This document shows positions 1-9,646 of a DNA stretch of 64,000 bases, one piece after another (position 1 is the stretch's first letter; every line of letters begins with the position of its first letter). The notes beneath the pieces are model-generated. The model had not been told where the DNA came from. It saw only the letters and a list, made by a program, of their open reading frames with translations, and made no database searches. This stretch comes from an uncultured bacterium (GTDB taxonomy: Bacteria; Krumholzibacteriota; Krumholzibacteriia; LZORAL124-64-63). The DNA lies in the NCBI GenBank assembly GCA_963732385.1, contig CAVSZB010000007.1, positions 1,152,001 through 1,216,000 on the forward strand, given 5' to 3'. Both the position numbers and the translations under genes were made by a program.

Positions 1-82
1 CGGTGACGACGCAGGCCAGCAGGGCGCGGCCGACCGGCGGTGCAGACCGCCCCTTCGACCTGAAGAAGGCGATTCGTGTCAT
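1..82 (-). CDS. Possible 5' end of an exported protein running off the window edge (MTRIAFFRSKGRSAPPVGRALLACVVT...)
   Basis: ATG at 82, basic N-terminus followed by a hydrophobic stretch; only 27 codons visible. Confidence 0.3.
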   Translation of the reverse strand, partial: MTRIAFFRSKGRSAPPVGRALLACVVT

Positions 83-190
83 AGGGTTGCGTTCGCTCCT
101 GACGGGGTGGACGGACCGGGATACCGTCGCGCCACGATAGCAGATGGAGGGACGTTGTGCCAGCGGAAGGGGCGACGCGGGCCGGTGCCC

Positions 191-1360
191 CTATCCCGCC
201 CGCAACGCCTCGCTCACCGTCCGCCGCGCCGCCGCGCGTGCGGGGAGGTACCCCCCGAGCAGTCCGAGCACGACCGAAGCCAGCAGTCCGGTCGCGAGGA
301 TGCCGGGCGAGATCCGGAATTCGAAGGCCACCTCGCTGAACGACGACCAGTTCGTCGTACCGGTGGAGATCCCATGGATCGGCAGGGCGAGCAGACAGCC
401 GAAAATGCCGCCGATCAGGCAGAGCAGCACTGACTCCATCAGGAAGCTGGCCAGGACGGCGCGCGGCGTGAATCCGAGGGCAAGCAGGGTGGCGATCTCG
501 CGGGTGCGCGAGCCGACGGCGGCATACATGGTGTTCAAGGCGCCGAAGATGGCGCCGGCGGCCATGATCACGACCAGGAAGAGGCCGAGCGCGCGGATCA
601 CGTCGGCCAGCCGGGCGCTCTGGGCGCGGTAGTAGTCGCGCTCGCGCTGCACCTCGACCTGGAGGCGCGGATCGGCTTCGAGCCGCGCCTCGAGCTCCGC
701 GAAACGGGCCGGGTCAGCGAGGCGCAGCGTCACCGAGGAGAAACCGCGGCGGTCGAACACCGGCAGGAACGCTTCGCGGTCGCCCCAGATCTCGGAGTCG
801 AAGCCGCTGCCGCCAGCGTCGAAACGGCCCACGACGCGCCAGTCACGCCCGCCCAGGCGCAGCATCTCGCCGACGCCACAGCCGGCGAAACGGGCGCCAA
901 GCTTGCCGCCGACCAGCACCTCGTCGAGGCCGGGGCGGAACATCCGCCCCTCGGCCAGCCGAATTTCGGAGCGCAGGACAAGCACGCGCGGATCCACCCC
1001 GCGCACGGTGACGTTGGAGGATGCGGCCGGGTCGCCGCGGCGAGCCAGGTTGGCGAGCACCACCAGTTCGGCCAGCGCCAGCGGCTCGCCGTCGGGACCG
1101 CGCGCAACGCCGGGGTCGGCTTCGATCACCCGCGCGGCGCCGCGCGGGATCCCCGACATCATCTCGCTCGTGGCGCCACCCCGCAGGACGATCGCGTGCT
1201 CGGCGCGTCCGGTCGCCACGAGGGTGGCGCGGAAGCCGTGCGCCAGCGCCAGGGTGAGCACGAGCACCGCCACCACGAGGGCGATGCCGCCCGCCGTCAT
1301 CAGGGTCATGGCGCGGCGCACGACCAGATTGCGCAGGTTGTAGCGGATCGGCAGGCCCAT
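191..1360 (-). CDS. ABC transporter permease, MacB/FtsX family
   Basis: N-terminal TM, large periplasmic domain, NTMYAAVGSRTREIATLLALGF motif, three C-terminal TMs; start chosen at MGLPIRYNLRN. Confidence 0.9.
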   Translation of the reverse strand: MGLPIRYNLRNLVVRRAMTLMTAGGIALVVAVLVLTLALAHGFRATLVATGRAEHAIVLRGGATSEMMSGIPRGAARVIEADPGVARGPDGEPLALAELVVLANLARRGDPAASSNVTVRGVDPRVLVLRSEIRLAEGRMFRPGLDEVLVGGKLGARFAGCGVGEMLRLGGRDWRVVGRFDAGGSGFDSEIWGDREAFLPVFDRRGFSSVTLRLADPARFAELEARLEADPRLQVEVQRERDYYRAQSARLADVIRALGLFLVVIMAAGAIFGALNTMYAAVGSRTREIATLLALGFTPRAVLASFLMESVLLCLIGGIFGCLLALPIHGISTGTTNWSSFSEVAFEFRISPGILATGLLASVVLGLLGGYLPARAAARRTVSEALRAG

Positions 1361-1364
1361 GCGA

Positions 1365-2510
1365 TCACCCCGTATGGCGCAGCGCATCGACGATGCGCAG
1401 GCGCGAGGCGTTCCAGGCGGGCGCGGCGCCGCTGACCACGCCCAAAAAAAGCGCGATCCCGAGCGCCTGCAGCACCGTGCCGTCGGTCACGACGAAATTC
1501 GGAAAGAACCCGCCCGCCGTGAAGTCGGTCAGCGAGAACACCAGGCGGGCCAGGCCGGCGCCCAGCAGCCCGCCCACGAGCGTGATGAACAACGCCTCCG
1601 TCAGCACCAGCGCCACGACCGCGCGATCGGTGAAGCCGAGCGCCTTGAGGACGGCGATCTCGCGGGTGCGCTCGCGCGCGGCCATCATCATCGTGTTCAT
1701 CGAGACCAGGACGATGGCGATCACGATCGCCGTGCCGAGCGCATAGATCACCGCCTGGATGTTGCCGAGCATCGAGATGAAACCGAGCTGGAAGGCCTTC
1801 TCGGTCTCGGTCTTCGTCTCGGCCGCGCTGTTGGCGAAGGTGGCGTCGACAATCCGGGCCACCTCGCCGACACGGTCCGGATCGGCGAGCTTCAGCACGT
1901 AGGTGCCGACCTGCCCGAAGTCCCCCATCCGCTCGTTCAGGTACTCGCCGTTGAAGAGCAGCCAGGTCGTGTCGAGATCGGGCGTGGCCGGCCGCGCGAT
2001 GCCGCAGACCGTGAAGTCCCAGATCCCCGGGAAGATCGTGCCGCGCAGGGTGATCTGGTCGCCCTTCCGGAACCCGTATTTGCGCGCCAGCTTCTCCCCC
2101 ACGATGCAGGCGGTCCGTTCGCGCCGGAAGGTGTCCTTCTCCTCCGGGGCCAGGCGGTACTCCGGGTAGATGTCAAAGTAACGCCGGGGGTCGATCGCGA
2201 ACTGCGCGAAGAAGTTGCGCTGGTCGATATAGATCCCGCCGAACCAGGTGGCCCAGCTCACATCCTCCACGCCCGGAATCTGCGTGAGCCGGTCGCGGTA
2301 CGAGAGCGGCAGGAAGAACGTGAGCGAGGTGGAGCGGCGCGTGATCAGCCGCGCCGCCGAGGCCGACTCGAGCGAGGCGGCGAGCGAGGTCAGCACGGTG
2401 CGCAGCGTACAGAAGAGAAACAGCGAGACGACGATCGACAGGACCGTCAGCGTCGTGCGGCGCCGGTTGCGCAGCGTGTTGCGCAGCACCAGCGGCAGGA
2501 AGCGGGTCAC
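1365..2510 (-). CDS. ABC transporter permease, MacB/FtsX family
   Basis: RNTLRNRRRTTLT start and NTMMMAARERTREIAVLKALGF motif. Confidence 0.9.
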   Translation of the reverse strand: MTRFLPLVLRNTLRNRRRTTLTVLSIVVSLFLFCTLRTVLTSLAASLESASAARLITRRSTSLTFFLPLSYRDRLTQIPGVEDVSWATWFGGIYIDQRNFFAQFAIDPRRYFDIYPEYRLAPEEKDTFRRERTACIVGEKLARKYGFRKGDQITLRGTIFPGIWDFTVCGIARPATPDLDTTWLLFNGEYLNERMGDFGQVGTYVLKLADPDRVGEVARIVDATFANSAAETKTETEKAFQLGFISMLGNIQAVIYALGTAIVIAIVLVSMNTMMMAARERTREIAVLKALGFTDRAVVALVLTEALFITLVGGLLGAGLARLVFSLTDFTAGGFFPNFVVTDGTVLQALGIALFLGVVSGAAPAWNASRLRIVDALRHTG

Positions 2511-3220
2511 GACCGCTCCTGGCGGCTCGCCTCCACCAGGACCCCCTTGTCCAGGTGCAGGATACGGTCGGCGCGCGCGGCGGCGCGCGGATCGTGCGTC
2601 ACCATGACGACCGTCTTGCCGAACTCGCGGTTGAGGCGCTGCAGCAGGTCGAGCACCTCGGCGGCGCTGACGGCGTCGAGGTCTCCGGTCGGCTCGTCCG
2701 CCACGAGCAGCGACGGGTCGCTGACGATCGCCCTGGCGATGGCCACCCGCTGTTCCTGGCCGCCGGAGAGCTGCCGCGGATAGTGGTCGTCGCGCTCGCG
2801 CAGACCGACCACCGCCAGCGCCGCCAGCACGTGCTCGCGCCGCGCGCGTCGCCCCAGTTCGGTCAGCAGCAGCGGCAGCTCCACGTTCTGGTACGCCGTC
2901 AGGACCGGGATCAGGTTGTACGATTGGAAGATGAAGCCGATGTGACGCGCCCGGAAGCGGGCCAGCGCCCCGGCGTCGAGGGCGCCCAGATCGTGGCCCG
3001 CCACGCTCACGCGACCGGCCGTGGGCGCGTCGATGCCGCTGACCAGGTTGAGGATGGTCGACTTGCCCGAGCCGGACGGTCCCATCAGGGCGAGGTACTC
3101 CCCCGCGGCGACGTCGAGGTCGAGCGCCTCGAGCACCGGCACGACTATCTTGTCCCGATGGTACGTCTTGGTCACGCCGCGCAGGGTGATGAGGGGCCCG
3201 ACGGCGGCGACGGCAGTCAT
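2507..3220 (-). CDS. ABC transporter ATP-binding protein (LolD/MacB-like)
   Basis: Walker A GPSGSGKST, signature LSGGQEQR, Walker B LLVADEPTGDLD, VTHD. Confidence 0.95.
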   Translation of the reverse strand: MTAVAAVGPLITLRGVTKTYHRDKIVVPVLEALDLDVAAGEYLALMGPSGSGKSTILNLVSGIDAPTAGRVSVAGHDLGALDAGALARFRARHIGFIFQSYNLIPVLTAYQNVELPLLLTELGRRARREHVLAALAVVGLRERDDHYPRQLSGGQEQRVAIARAIVSDPSLLVADEPTGDLDAVSAAEVLDLLQRLNREFGKTVVMVTHDPRAAARADRILHLDKGVLVEASRQERS

Positions 3221-3233
3221 GCGCGGCCTCCCC

Positions 3234-4466
3234 TTAGAGCGCCACGCGCACGCGCTGCCCGGCGCGCGGGCGCGGCGCGCCGCTCGTCACCACCTGATCC
3301 CCCTCGACGAGGCCGGTCAGGATCTCCACCTCGTCCCCTGTCCGCGCGCCGAGCGTCAGGACGGCCGGCGCCAGCCTGCCGTCGCGCACGACCCAGGCGC
3401 GCGCCTGCCCGTCCGTCGTCCGCACCGCCGCGGCCGGAACCCGCAGCACCTTCGGCACGGTGACGATCCGCGCCGTCGGTCGCGACTTCAGGAAGGTCAC
3501 CTTCGCGCCGAGGTCGGGCCGGATGCGCGGGTCGGCGAGCAGGAAACGGACCCGCACCGGGATCGTGGCCTTGTCGCGATCGGCCGAGGGGAAGATGGCG
3601 CGCACTTCCGCGGGGAAGTGCACTTCGGGGTGCGCGTCGAGCACGACGTCGCACGGCATGCCGGGCGACAGGCGGGCGATGTAGCTCTCGTTCACATCCA
3701 CGCCGACTTCGAGGGTCCGCAGGTCGGCGATGGTGACGACCGCGCCGGCGCGGGCCGTGTTGCTGGTCATGATCGGCCCGACGATCTCGCCGACCTCGGC
3801 ATCCTTGCGCAGGACAGCGCCGGCGAACGGGGCGGTCACGCGGGTCTTCTCCAGTTCGAGCCGCGCAGTCTCGAGCGCGGCGCGCGACACGGCCACCTGG
3901 GCCCGCGCCGCGCTGACCCCGGCCGCCGCGCTGACGGCGGCGGTGCCGGCCGCCTCGTCCTCCTCCCGGCCGATGGCGCCGGCAGCGCGCAGCTCGGCGC
4001 GCCGCGCAGCCCGTCGCTGCGCTTCGGCCCCGGCCGCCTCGGCCTGCGCCTGGCGCGCGCGCGACAGCGCCAGATCGGCCTCGGCGCGCGCCACGGCGGC
4101 GCGCTGATCCTCGTCGAGCAGCCGCGCCACGACCTGACCCGCAGCGACTGTGTCCCCCTCCTCGACGAAAACCTCGGCCAGCCGGCCGGTGGTCCGCGCC
4201 GCCACCGACGCCTGGTGCCGCGCCTCGACGTAGCCGTTGGCGGTCAGCACCGAGCCACCCTGCTCCACCGGCCCGCCCCCCCCGGCGTGCGCAGTCGCCA
4301 CGCGCACGGTGACCGGACGGTTCAGGAAGCCGGCCAGCAGACCGGCAAAGACCAGTCCGGCCAGCACCCACGGCCAGCGCGGCCGGCGACGCGGCGGACG
4401 GCGTTCCTCGTCGCTGATGCGCAGGCGGCCCAGGTCGGCCGGGGGCCCGCTGCCGCCATCGCTCAC
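3234..4466 (-). CDS. Efflux membrane-fusion (periplasmic adaptor) protein, MacA-like
   Basis: N-terminal TM, lipoyl-like VEEGDTVAAGQVVARL, Ala-rich helical hairpin, APFAG motif; operon with ABC genes. Confidence 0.9.
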   Translation of the reverse strand: MSDGGSGPPADLGRLRISDEERRPPRRRPRWPWVLAGLVFAGLLAGFLNRPVTVRVATAHAGGGGPVEQGGSVLTANGYVEARHQASVAARTTGRLAEVFVEEGDTVAAGQVVARLLDEDQRAAVARAEADLALSRARQAQAEAAGAEAQRRAARRAELRAAGAIGREEDEAAGTAAVSAAAGVSAARAQVAVSRAALETARLELEKTRVTAPFAGAVLRKDAEVGEIVGPIMTSNTARAGAVVTIADLRTLEVGVDVNESYIARLSPGMPCDVVLDAHPEVHFPAEVRAIFPSADRDKATIPVRVRFLLADPRIRPDLGAKVTFLKSRPTARIVTVPKVLRVPAAAVRTTDGQARAWVVRDGRLAPAVLTLGARTGDEVEILTGLVEGDQVVTSGAPRPRAGQRVRVAL

Positions 4467-6160
4467 GGGCGCTCACCGCCCCCGGGCGCCCGATTGCGGC
4501 GCCACGCCTCGCGGATCAGGAACAGGGTCAGCGCGATCAGTCCGAGCATCATCACGCGGGCGCCCCACAGGTACGGCATCTGGTTCCGTTCGACGCCGCG
4601 CATCAGCAGGTTGGGCACCGCGTCCTGGATGGTCCAGACCACGAGGATGCCGAGCATGTAGAGCGGCGTGACGTACTTGATCACGAAGCGGAACAGGCGC
4701 GGCACCCGCAGGTCGGCCCCCTTGTGCATCTCCTCCCAGCCGCGGTCCACCCCGAAGATCCAGGAGAAGACCGTGATCTCGATCACCGCGAACAGCACCA
4801 GGCCGAGCGTGCCGGCCCAGAAGTCCATCTCGTCGAGGAACCCGTGCCGGAAGAACGCGACCACGAACACGGCGCAGCAGACGAGCAAGCCGAACACCGC
4901 GTTGACCGCCTTGCGGCGCGACCAGTGGAACTCGTCCTCCACGAAGGCCACCGCGGGCGACACCAGCGCCACCGACGAGGTGATGCCGGCGATGAACAGC
5001 AGCAGGAACCACATCGCGCCCAGGATCTGCCCGAGCGGCAGCTGCTGGAAGATGACCGGCAGCGCCTGGAAACCGAGGTTGAACGCCCCCTCCCGCGCGA
5101 TGAGCTGCGTCTCGGCCAGGCCGAAGAACGCCACCGCCGCGGGGATGGCGATCGTCCCGCCGAGGATCACCTCGGAGAACTCGTTCGTGAGCGAGGTGGA
5201 GAGGCCGTTGAGCGTGACGTCGTCCTTCTCGCGCACGTAGGAGGCGTAGGTGTTGATCATCCCCTGCCCGAGACTGAGGGTGAAGAAGATCTGCCCCGCC
5301 GCCACGAGCCAGACCGACGCCCGGCCGAGCTGGCTGAAGTCGGGATTCCAGATGAAGGCGAGTCCGTTGGCCACGTTCCAGTCGGGATGCGCCGGGTCGG
5401 GGGCGCCGAGCGTCATGACCCGCACCGCGAGCAGGATGCCGAAGACCAACAGCACCGGCATGCCGACCTTCGCCAGGAGTTCGACCCCCTTCGCGATGCC
5501 GCGCACCAGGAAGAGGTAGTTGAGACTGACCGTGATCACCAGGAAGATGCAGGCCGGCACGATCGAGTTGAAGAACTGGTTGACCTCGATCCCCTGGTAG
5601 CCGTGCAGGAAATGTCCCATCGCCTCGCGCGAGGCGAGGCCGAAGTAGGAGCCGGTGCCGGAGAAGAAGGCGAAGCCGAGCGTCCACGATTCGATGAAGC
5701 AGTAGTAGATGGCGATCGTGAACGGCAGGAAGATGCCGAAGGCGCCCAGGTATTTCGCCACCGGGTGCTTCCACATGAGATGGAACTGGCCCGGCGTGGA
5801 GCCGTGGCCGCGCGCGCCGCCGTAGCGACCGATCGTCCACTCGACCCACATCAGCGGCACGCCCAGCAGCAGCAGGGCGATGAAATAGGGGATCATGAAG
5901 GCGCCGCCGCCGTTGGCGGCCGCCTTCGCCGGGAAGCGCAGGAAGTTGCCCAGACCGATCGCGTTGCCGGCCATCGCCAGGATCAGGCCGATGCGCGACG
6001 CCCACTCCGCGCGACCGGCCCCCGGCACCACCGGCCCGGACCGCGCCCGCGCCCGCTGCAGTCGCAGCACGCGCGCGAAACAGAACACGGTCAGGCCGAT
6101 GATCCCGCCCCAGGCCACCGCGATCGCCAGGCCACCCCAGACGGTCATCCCCGGATTCAT
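4463..6160 (-). CDS. Sodium-dependent amino-acid transporter, NSS/SNF family (LeuT-like), with an extra N-terminal TM helix
   Basis: WASRIGLILAMAGNAIGLGNFLRFP...NGGGAFMIPY, QIFFTLSLG, FIAGITSS; GAGGAGG RBS before ATG 6160. Confidence 0.92.
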   Translation of the reverse strand: MNPGMTVWGGLAIAVAWGGIIGLTVFCFARVLRLQRARARSGPVVPGAGRAEWASRIGLILAMAGNAIGLGNFLRFPAKAAANGGGAFMIPYFIALLLLGVPLMWVEWTIGRYGGARGHGSTPGQFHLMWKHPVAKYLGAFGIFLPFTIAIYYCFIESWTLGFAFFSGTGSYFGLASREAMGHFLHGYQGIEVNQFFNSIVPACIFLVITVSLNYLFLVRGIAKGVELLAKVGMPVLLVFGILLAVRVMTLGAPDPAHPDWNVANGLAFIWNPDFSQLGRASVWLVAAGQIFFTLSLGQGMINTYASYVREKDDVTLNGLSTSLTNEFSEVILGGTIAIPAAVAFFGLAETQLIAREGAFNLGFQALPVIFQQLPLGQILGAMWFLLLFIAGITSSVALVSPAVAFVEDEFHWSRRKAVNAVFGLLVCCAVFVVAFFRHGFLDEMDFWAGTLGLVLFAVIEITVFSWIFGVDRGWEEMHKGADLRVPRLFRFVIKYVTPLYMLGILVVWTIQDAVPNLLMRGVERNQMPYLWGARVMMLGLIALTLFLIREAWRRNRAPGGGERP

Positions 6161-6609
6161 CCGCGCCTCCTCGGCCAGAGCGTCCGCGGGCGGGCCGATC
6201 GGTCCGCCCGTGCCGCGCGCATTTTAAGGAGGAGGCAAACGCAAGTCAATCGGGGGGTTGACGTTTCACGCCGCAGAGGAGGCGACGGAAACGCGAGACC
6301 CCGCGCCATTCCTTTGATTTTTCGTATGCAACCGGGGGCACGCTATTCATCTGAATCGCGGCCCGGGCTCCGCTGCGGGTTGCCGTTCGGGTCCGGGTTC
6401 AAGCCACGGCAGGAAGGTGATTGTCAGTATCCCGTCGTTCGTGAACGAGGCGCCAATTCCCCGCCGTGGGGGGGAATTCCGGCTTGCCTTGCCTGCGCGT
6501 GCGGGCTAGGTTTGCAGTGGCGCCGCGCTTGATGGGGAACCTGTGGCGCCGCAAGCGCTTGCCGCCGCTCGCAGTCGGTCGCGAGGCCCCAGCGGGAGGG
6601 ACGAAGCCG

Positions 6610-7146
6610 ATGGCAGAGTCAACCACGCCGAGCCGTTACCGGATGGTGAACGTCACGCCGGGCCATGTCGTCCTCGAGCACGACCTGATGAGCCGGGACG
6701 TGCGCTCCTACTTTTCCGCGGAGCAGGTCGCGCCCATCGAGGAGTACCGCGAGGGGGAGCACATCTGGCACTTCGCCGGCACGGCGCAGTCTTTCCAGTT
6801 CGACCTGCTCGACCACGAGACCGGCCAGGTGATCCCGTGCCGCGAGCTGCTCGGGCTGATGTACTACGGCTGCGCGAAACCGGACAGTCCACTGCGGCGG
6901 ATCGGCGAGGTGGCGCACGACAACGGCGTGTCGGTCTACGTGGCGATCGCCTACGAGAATCCTGACGGCAGCGTCCGTGCGCTCGAACCCGCGAAGGTGC
7001 GCGCGCTGAATATCCACTTCAACGAGCGGCTGCGCACGCCGGGCAAGAAGATCCTGATCCTTCCCGATGTCTTCGACCTCTACAAAACGATGTCCTATGG
7101 CGAAATCATGATCGACTTCGGACTGACGTCGCTCGAGTCCGAGTGA
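6610..7146 (+). CDS. Hypothetical protein (178 aa), first gene of the Stn-like operon
   Basis: GGAGGG RBS, strong host codon bias, globular-looking composition; no motif recognised. Confidence 0.75.
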   Translation: MAESTTPSRYRMVNVTPGHVVLEHDLMSRDVRSYFSAEQVAPIEEYREGEHIWHFAGTAQSFQFDLLDHETGQVIPCRELLGLMYYGCAKPDSPLRRIGEVAHDNGVSVYVAIAYENPDGSVRALEPAKVRALNIHFNERLRTPGKKILILPDVFDLYKTMSYGEIMIDFGLTSLESE

Positions 7147-7178
7147 CGCCGACGGGCCACGGCCAAGGAGACCGGAGC

Positions 7179-7508
7179 ATGAAGCTGAGCGAGCTCGCGG
7201 GCAAACTGGATCTGAAAGGCGTCACGGAGATCTTCGACAAGGAGATCACCGGCGTCTACATGTCGGACATGGTGAGCGACGTGATCGCCAACGCCCAGGC
7301 CGGCAACCTGCTCGTCACCCTGCAGGTGCACAGCAACGTCATCGCCGCCGCGAACCTCGTGGATCTCGCCGGCATCGTCGTCACGCAGGGCAAACGCCCC
7401 CCCGAAGACGTCGTCAAGATGGCGGAGAAGGCGAAGATCAGCCTCTTCACGACCGATCTGAACCGCTGGCAGGTCGCCACCAAGCTCTACGAGGCCGGCG
7501 TCCGCTGA
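7179..7508 (+). CDS. DRTGG-domain protein
   Basis: GVYMSDMVSDVI...VIAAANLVDLAGIVVTQGKRP pattern. Confidence 0.85.
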   Translation: MKLSELAGKLDLKGVTEIFDKEITGVYMSDMVSDVIANAQAGNLLVTLQVHSNVIAAANLVDLAGIVVTQGKRPPEDVVKMAEKAKISLFTTDLNRWQVATKLYEAGVR

Positions 7509-7547
7509 CCCGGCTGTCCGCGCCCCCGGCGGGCGCAAAGAGGACTC

Positions 7548-7901
7548 ATGCACCTGCGGGACGTGATGGACCTGCTGGGCGGCGAGGCGGCCTGGGGCCT
7601 CGAGCTCCTGGACAGCGTGCCGGTGGTCGCCTGCTTCGCGGCCGATCTGATGAGCGATGTCCTCGCCTTCGCCGCCCCCGGCGCGCTGCTGCTGACCGGG
7701 CTGGTCAGCATCCAGGCCGCGCACGCAGCCGACATGGCCGACCTGGCCGGCATCGTCTTCGTGGCCGGCAAGCGCCCCGCCCCCCCCGTCCTGGCGCTGG
7801 CGCGCGAGAACGGCACGCCGCTGCTGGTCACCCCGCTCTCCCTCTACGAGGCGAGCGGCCGCCTGCTCGCGGCCGGGCTGCCGGCGGGGGTGCGGTCATG
7901 A
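7548..7901 (+). CDS. DRTGG-domain protein
   Basis: FAADLMSDVLAF...LLLTGL...ADMADLAGIVFVAGKRP. Confidence 0.88.
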   Translation: MHLRDVMDLLGGEAAWGLELLDSVPVVACFAADLMSDVLAFAAPGALLLTGLVSIQAAHAADMADLAGIVFVAGKRPAPPVLALARENGTPLLVTPLSLYEASGRLLAAGLPAGVRS

Positions 7902-8341
7902 CCGAGGAGACTCCCGAAATCCTCTACAGCGAGCGCTGGACCATCCGCGGCGACGATTTCGACCACGGCGGCGAGGTGGCGGCGGCGGTGAAGGCGATCC
8001 TGCGGCAGTTCGGGCTGCCCAACGACGCGATCCGGCGCCTTTCGATCGCCAATTTCGAGGCGGAGATGAACGTCATCATGTACGCGGACGAGGCCGAACT
8101 CCTGCTCGAGGTGCTGCCCGACCTCGCCCGGATCACCCTGGCGGACCGCGGCCGCGGCATTCCCGACCTGGAGCTGGCCATGCAGGAGGGGTGGTCCACG
8201 GCGACCCCCGCGATGCGCCAGCGCGGCTTCGGCGCCGGCCTCGGACTGCCCAACATCCGGAAGAACAGCGACGAGTTCGCGATCGAATCGACCGTCGGCG
8301 CGGGGACGACCCTGCGCTACGCGGTGCGCTTCGCGAGCTGA
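7898..8341 (+). CDS. Anti-sigma-type Ser/Thr protein kinase (RsbT/RsbW-like HATPase)
   Basis: EAEMNVIMYA N-box, DRGRGIPD, AMQEGWSTA, GFGAGLGLPNI. Confidence 0.88.
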   Translation: MTEETPEILYSERWTIRGDDFDHGGEVAAAVKAILRQFGLPNDAIRRLSIANFEAEMNVIMYADEAELLLEVLPDLARITLADRGRGIPDLELAMQEGWSTATPAMRQRGFGAGLGLPNIRKNSDEFAIESTVGAGTTLRYAVRFAS

Positions 8342-8359
8342 GACCGGGCGGGAGCGGCA

Positions 8360-9646
8360 ATGAAGCCGGACGGCCACAGCATCAGGTTCGACCCGGCGCG
8401 CTGCATCGGCTGCGTGGCCTGCACGCAGGCCTGCCCGACGCGCGCCATCCGCGTGCGCGACGGCCTCGCCGCGCTGCGTCCCGAGTTATGCATCGACTGC
8501 GGCGCCTGCGTGGAGTCGTGCCGATACGACGCGGTGCTCGCCCGCACCTCCGGCGCCGCCGACCTGCAGCGCTTCCGGCACACGGTGGCCATCCCCTCGA
8601 TGACGTTCTACGGGCAGTTCGGCCGGGACGCGCATCCGGCGCAGGTGCTGCACGCGCTCACGCACGCCGGCTTCGACAGCGCCCTGGACATGTCGTGGAT
8701 GTGCGAGATGCTCGCCCAGGCCCGCGATGCCCGTCTGACCGAGGATCGCGGCCCGTGGCCGAAGATCTCGGTCACCTGCCCCGCGATCGTGCGGCTGGTG
8801 CAGATCCGCTACCCCGAACTGCTGCCGAACCTGTTGCCGCTGGAGTCGCCGCGCGAACTGACCGCCAAGCTGGTGCGCCGCCGGATCGCCGCCGAACAGG
8901 GCCTCGATCCCGCGGAGATCGGCATCTTCTTCATCACGCCGTGCGCGGCGATCATGAACTCGATCCTGCACCCGGTCGGCCTCGACGAATCGCACATCGA
9001 CGGCGCCTTCGGCATCAACGAATTGTACGGTCCGGTCCTCAAGGCGCTCAAGCAGGACGGCGGCATGGACCCCGATGCGCGTTTCAGTCCGACCGGCCTG
9101 CTGTGGGCCATGGCGGGCGGCGAGATCGCCGCCATGCGCAACACCAACACGATGTCGGTGCACGGGATCCGCGACGTGCAGTTCGTGTTCGACCGCATCG
9201 AGGCCGGCAAGTTCCAGAGCGTGGACTTCATCGAGGCGTACATCTGCCCGGACGGCTGCGTCAGCGGCGGCCTCACCATCGAGGGGCGCTACGCCGCCGG
9301 CCGCGCCATCCAGAAGCTGGCGAAGCGGGTCGGCGAGCAGCCGCCCACCATGAAGATGGAGCAGGTGCGCACGCTGCTGCGCGAGCATTTCTTCGACCTC
9401 GAAGAGGCGATCGCCGCGCGGCCGGCCCCGACGGCCACGCACGACCTGCGGCAGGCCATAGTCTGGAAGCGGGATCACGCCGCCCTGCTGGCGAAACTGC
9501 CGCGCCGCGATTGCGCGGCGTGCGGGGCGCCCGACTGCGCCACGCTCGCCGAGGACATCCTGCGCGGCGAGGCCACACTCGACGACTGTGTTTTTCTCAG
9601 GATCGACCGGTTGGAGGGGCGCGCTGCGCCCGAGGGAGGAGACTGA
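8360..9646 (+). CDS. [FeFe]-hydrogenase-like Fe-S protein with degenerate H-cluster motifs (putative sensory, group C/D-like)
   Basis: N-terminal 2x[4Fe-4S] (CIGCVACTQACP, CIDCGACVESC), altered motifs SVTCP / TPCAAIMN / EAYICPDGCVSG, C-terminal FeS domain DCAACGAPDC...C. Confidence 0.85.
   Translation: MKPDGHSIRFDPARCIGCVACTQACPTRAIRVRDGLAALRPELCIDCGACVESCRYDAVLARTSGAADLQRFRHTVAIPSMTFYGQFGRDAHPAQVLHALTHAGFDSALDMSWMCEMLAQARDARLTEDRGPWPKISVTCPAIVRLVQIRYPELLPNLLPLESPRELTAKLVRRRIAAEQGLDPAEIGIFFITPCAAIMNSILHPVGLDESHIDGAFGINELYGPVLKALKQDGGMDPDARFSPTGLLWAMAGGEIAAMRNTNTMSVHGIRDVQFVFDRIEAGKFQSVDFIEAYICPDGCVSGGLTIEGRYAAGRAIQKLAKRVGEQPPTMKMEQVRTLLREHFFDLEEAIAARPAPTATHDLRQAIVWKRDHAALLAKLPRRDCAACGAPDCATLAEDILRGEATLDDCVFLRIDRLEGRAAPEGGD

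Noticed and set aside
6385..6415. tRNA T-arm-like sequence CCGGGTTCAAGCCACGG
   Set aside because: Imperfect stem and no matching acceptor, D or anticodon arms.
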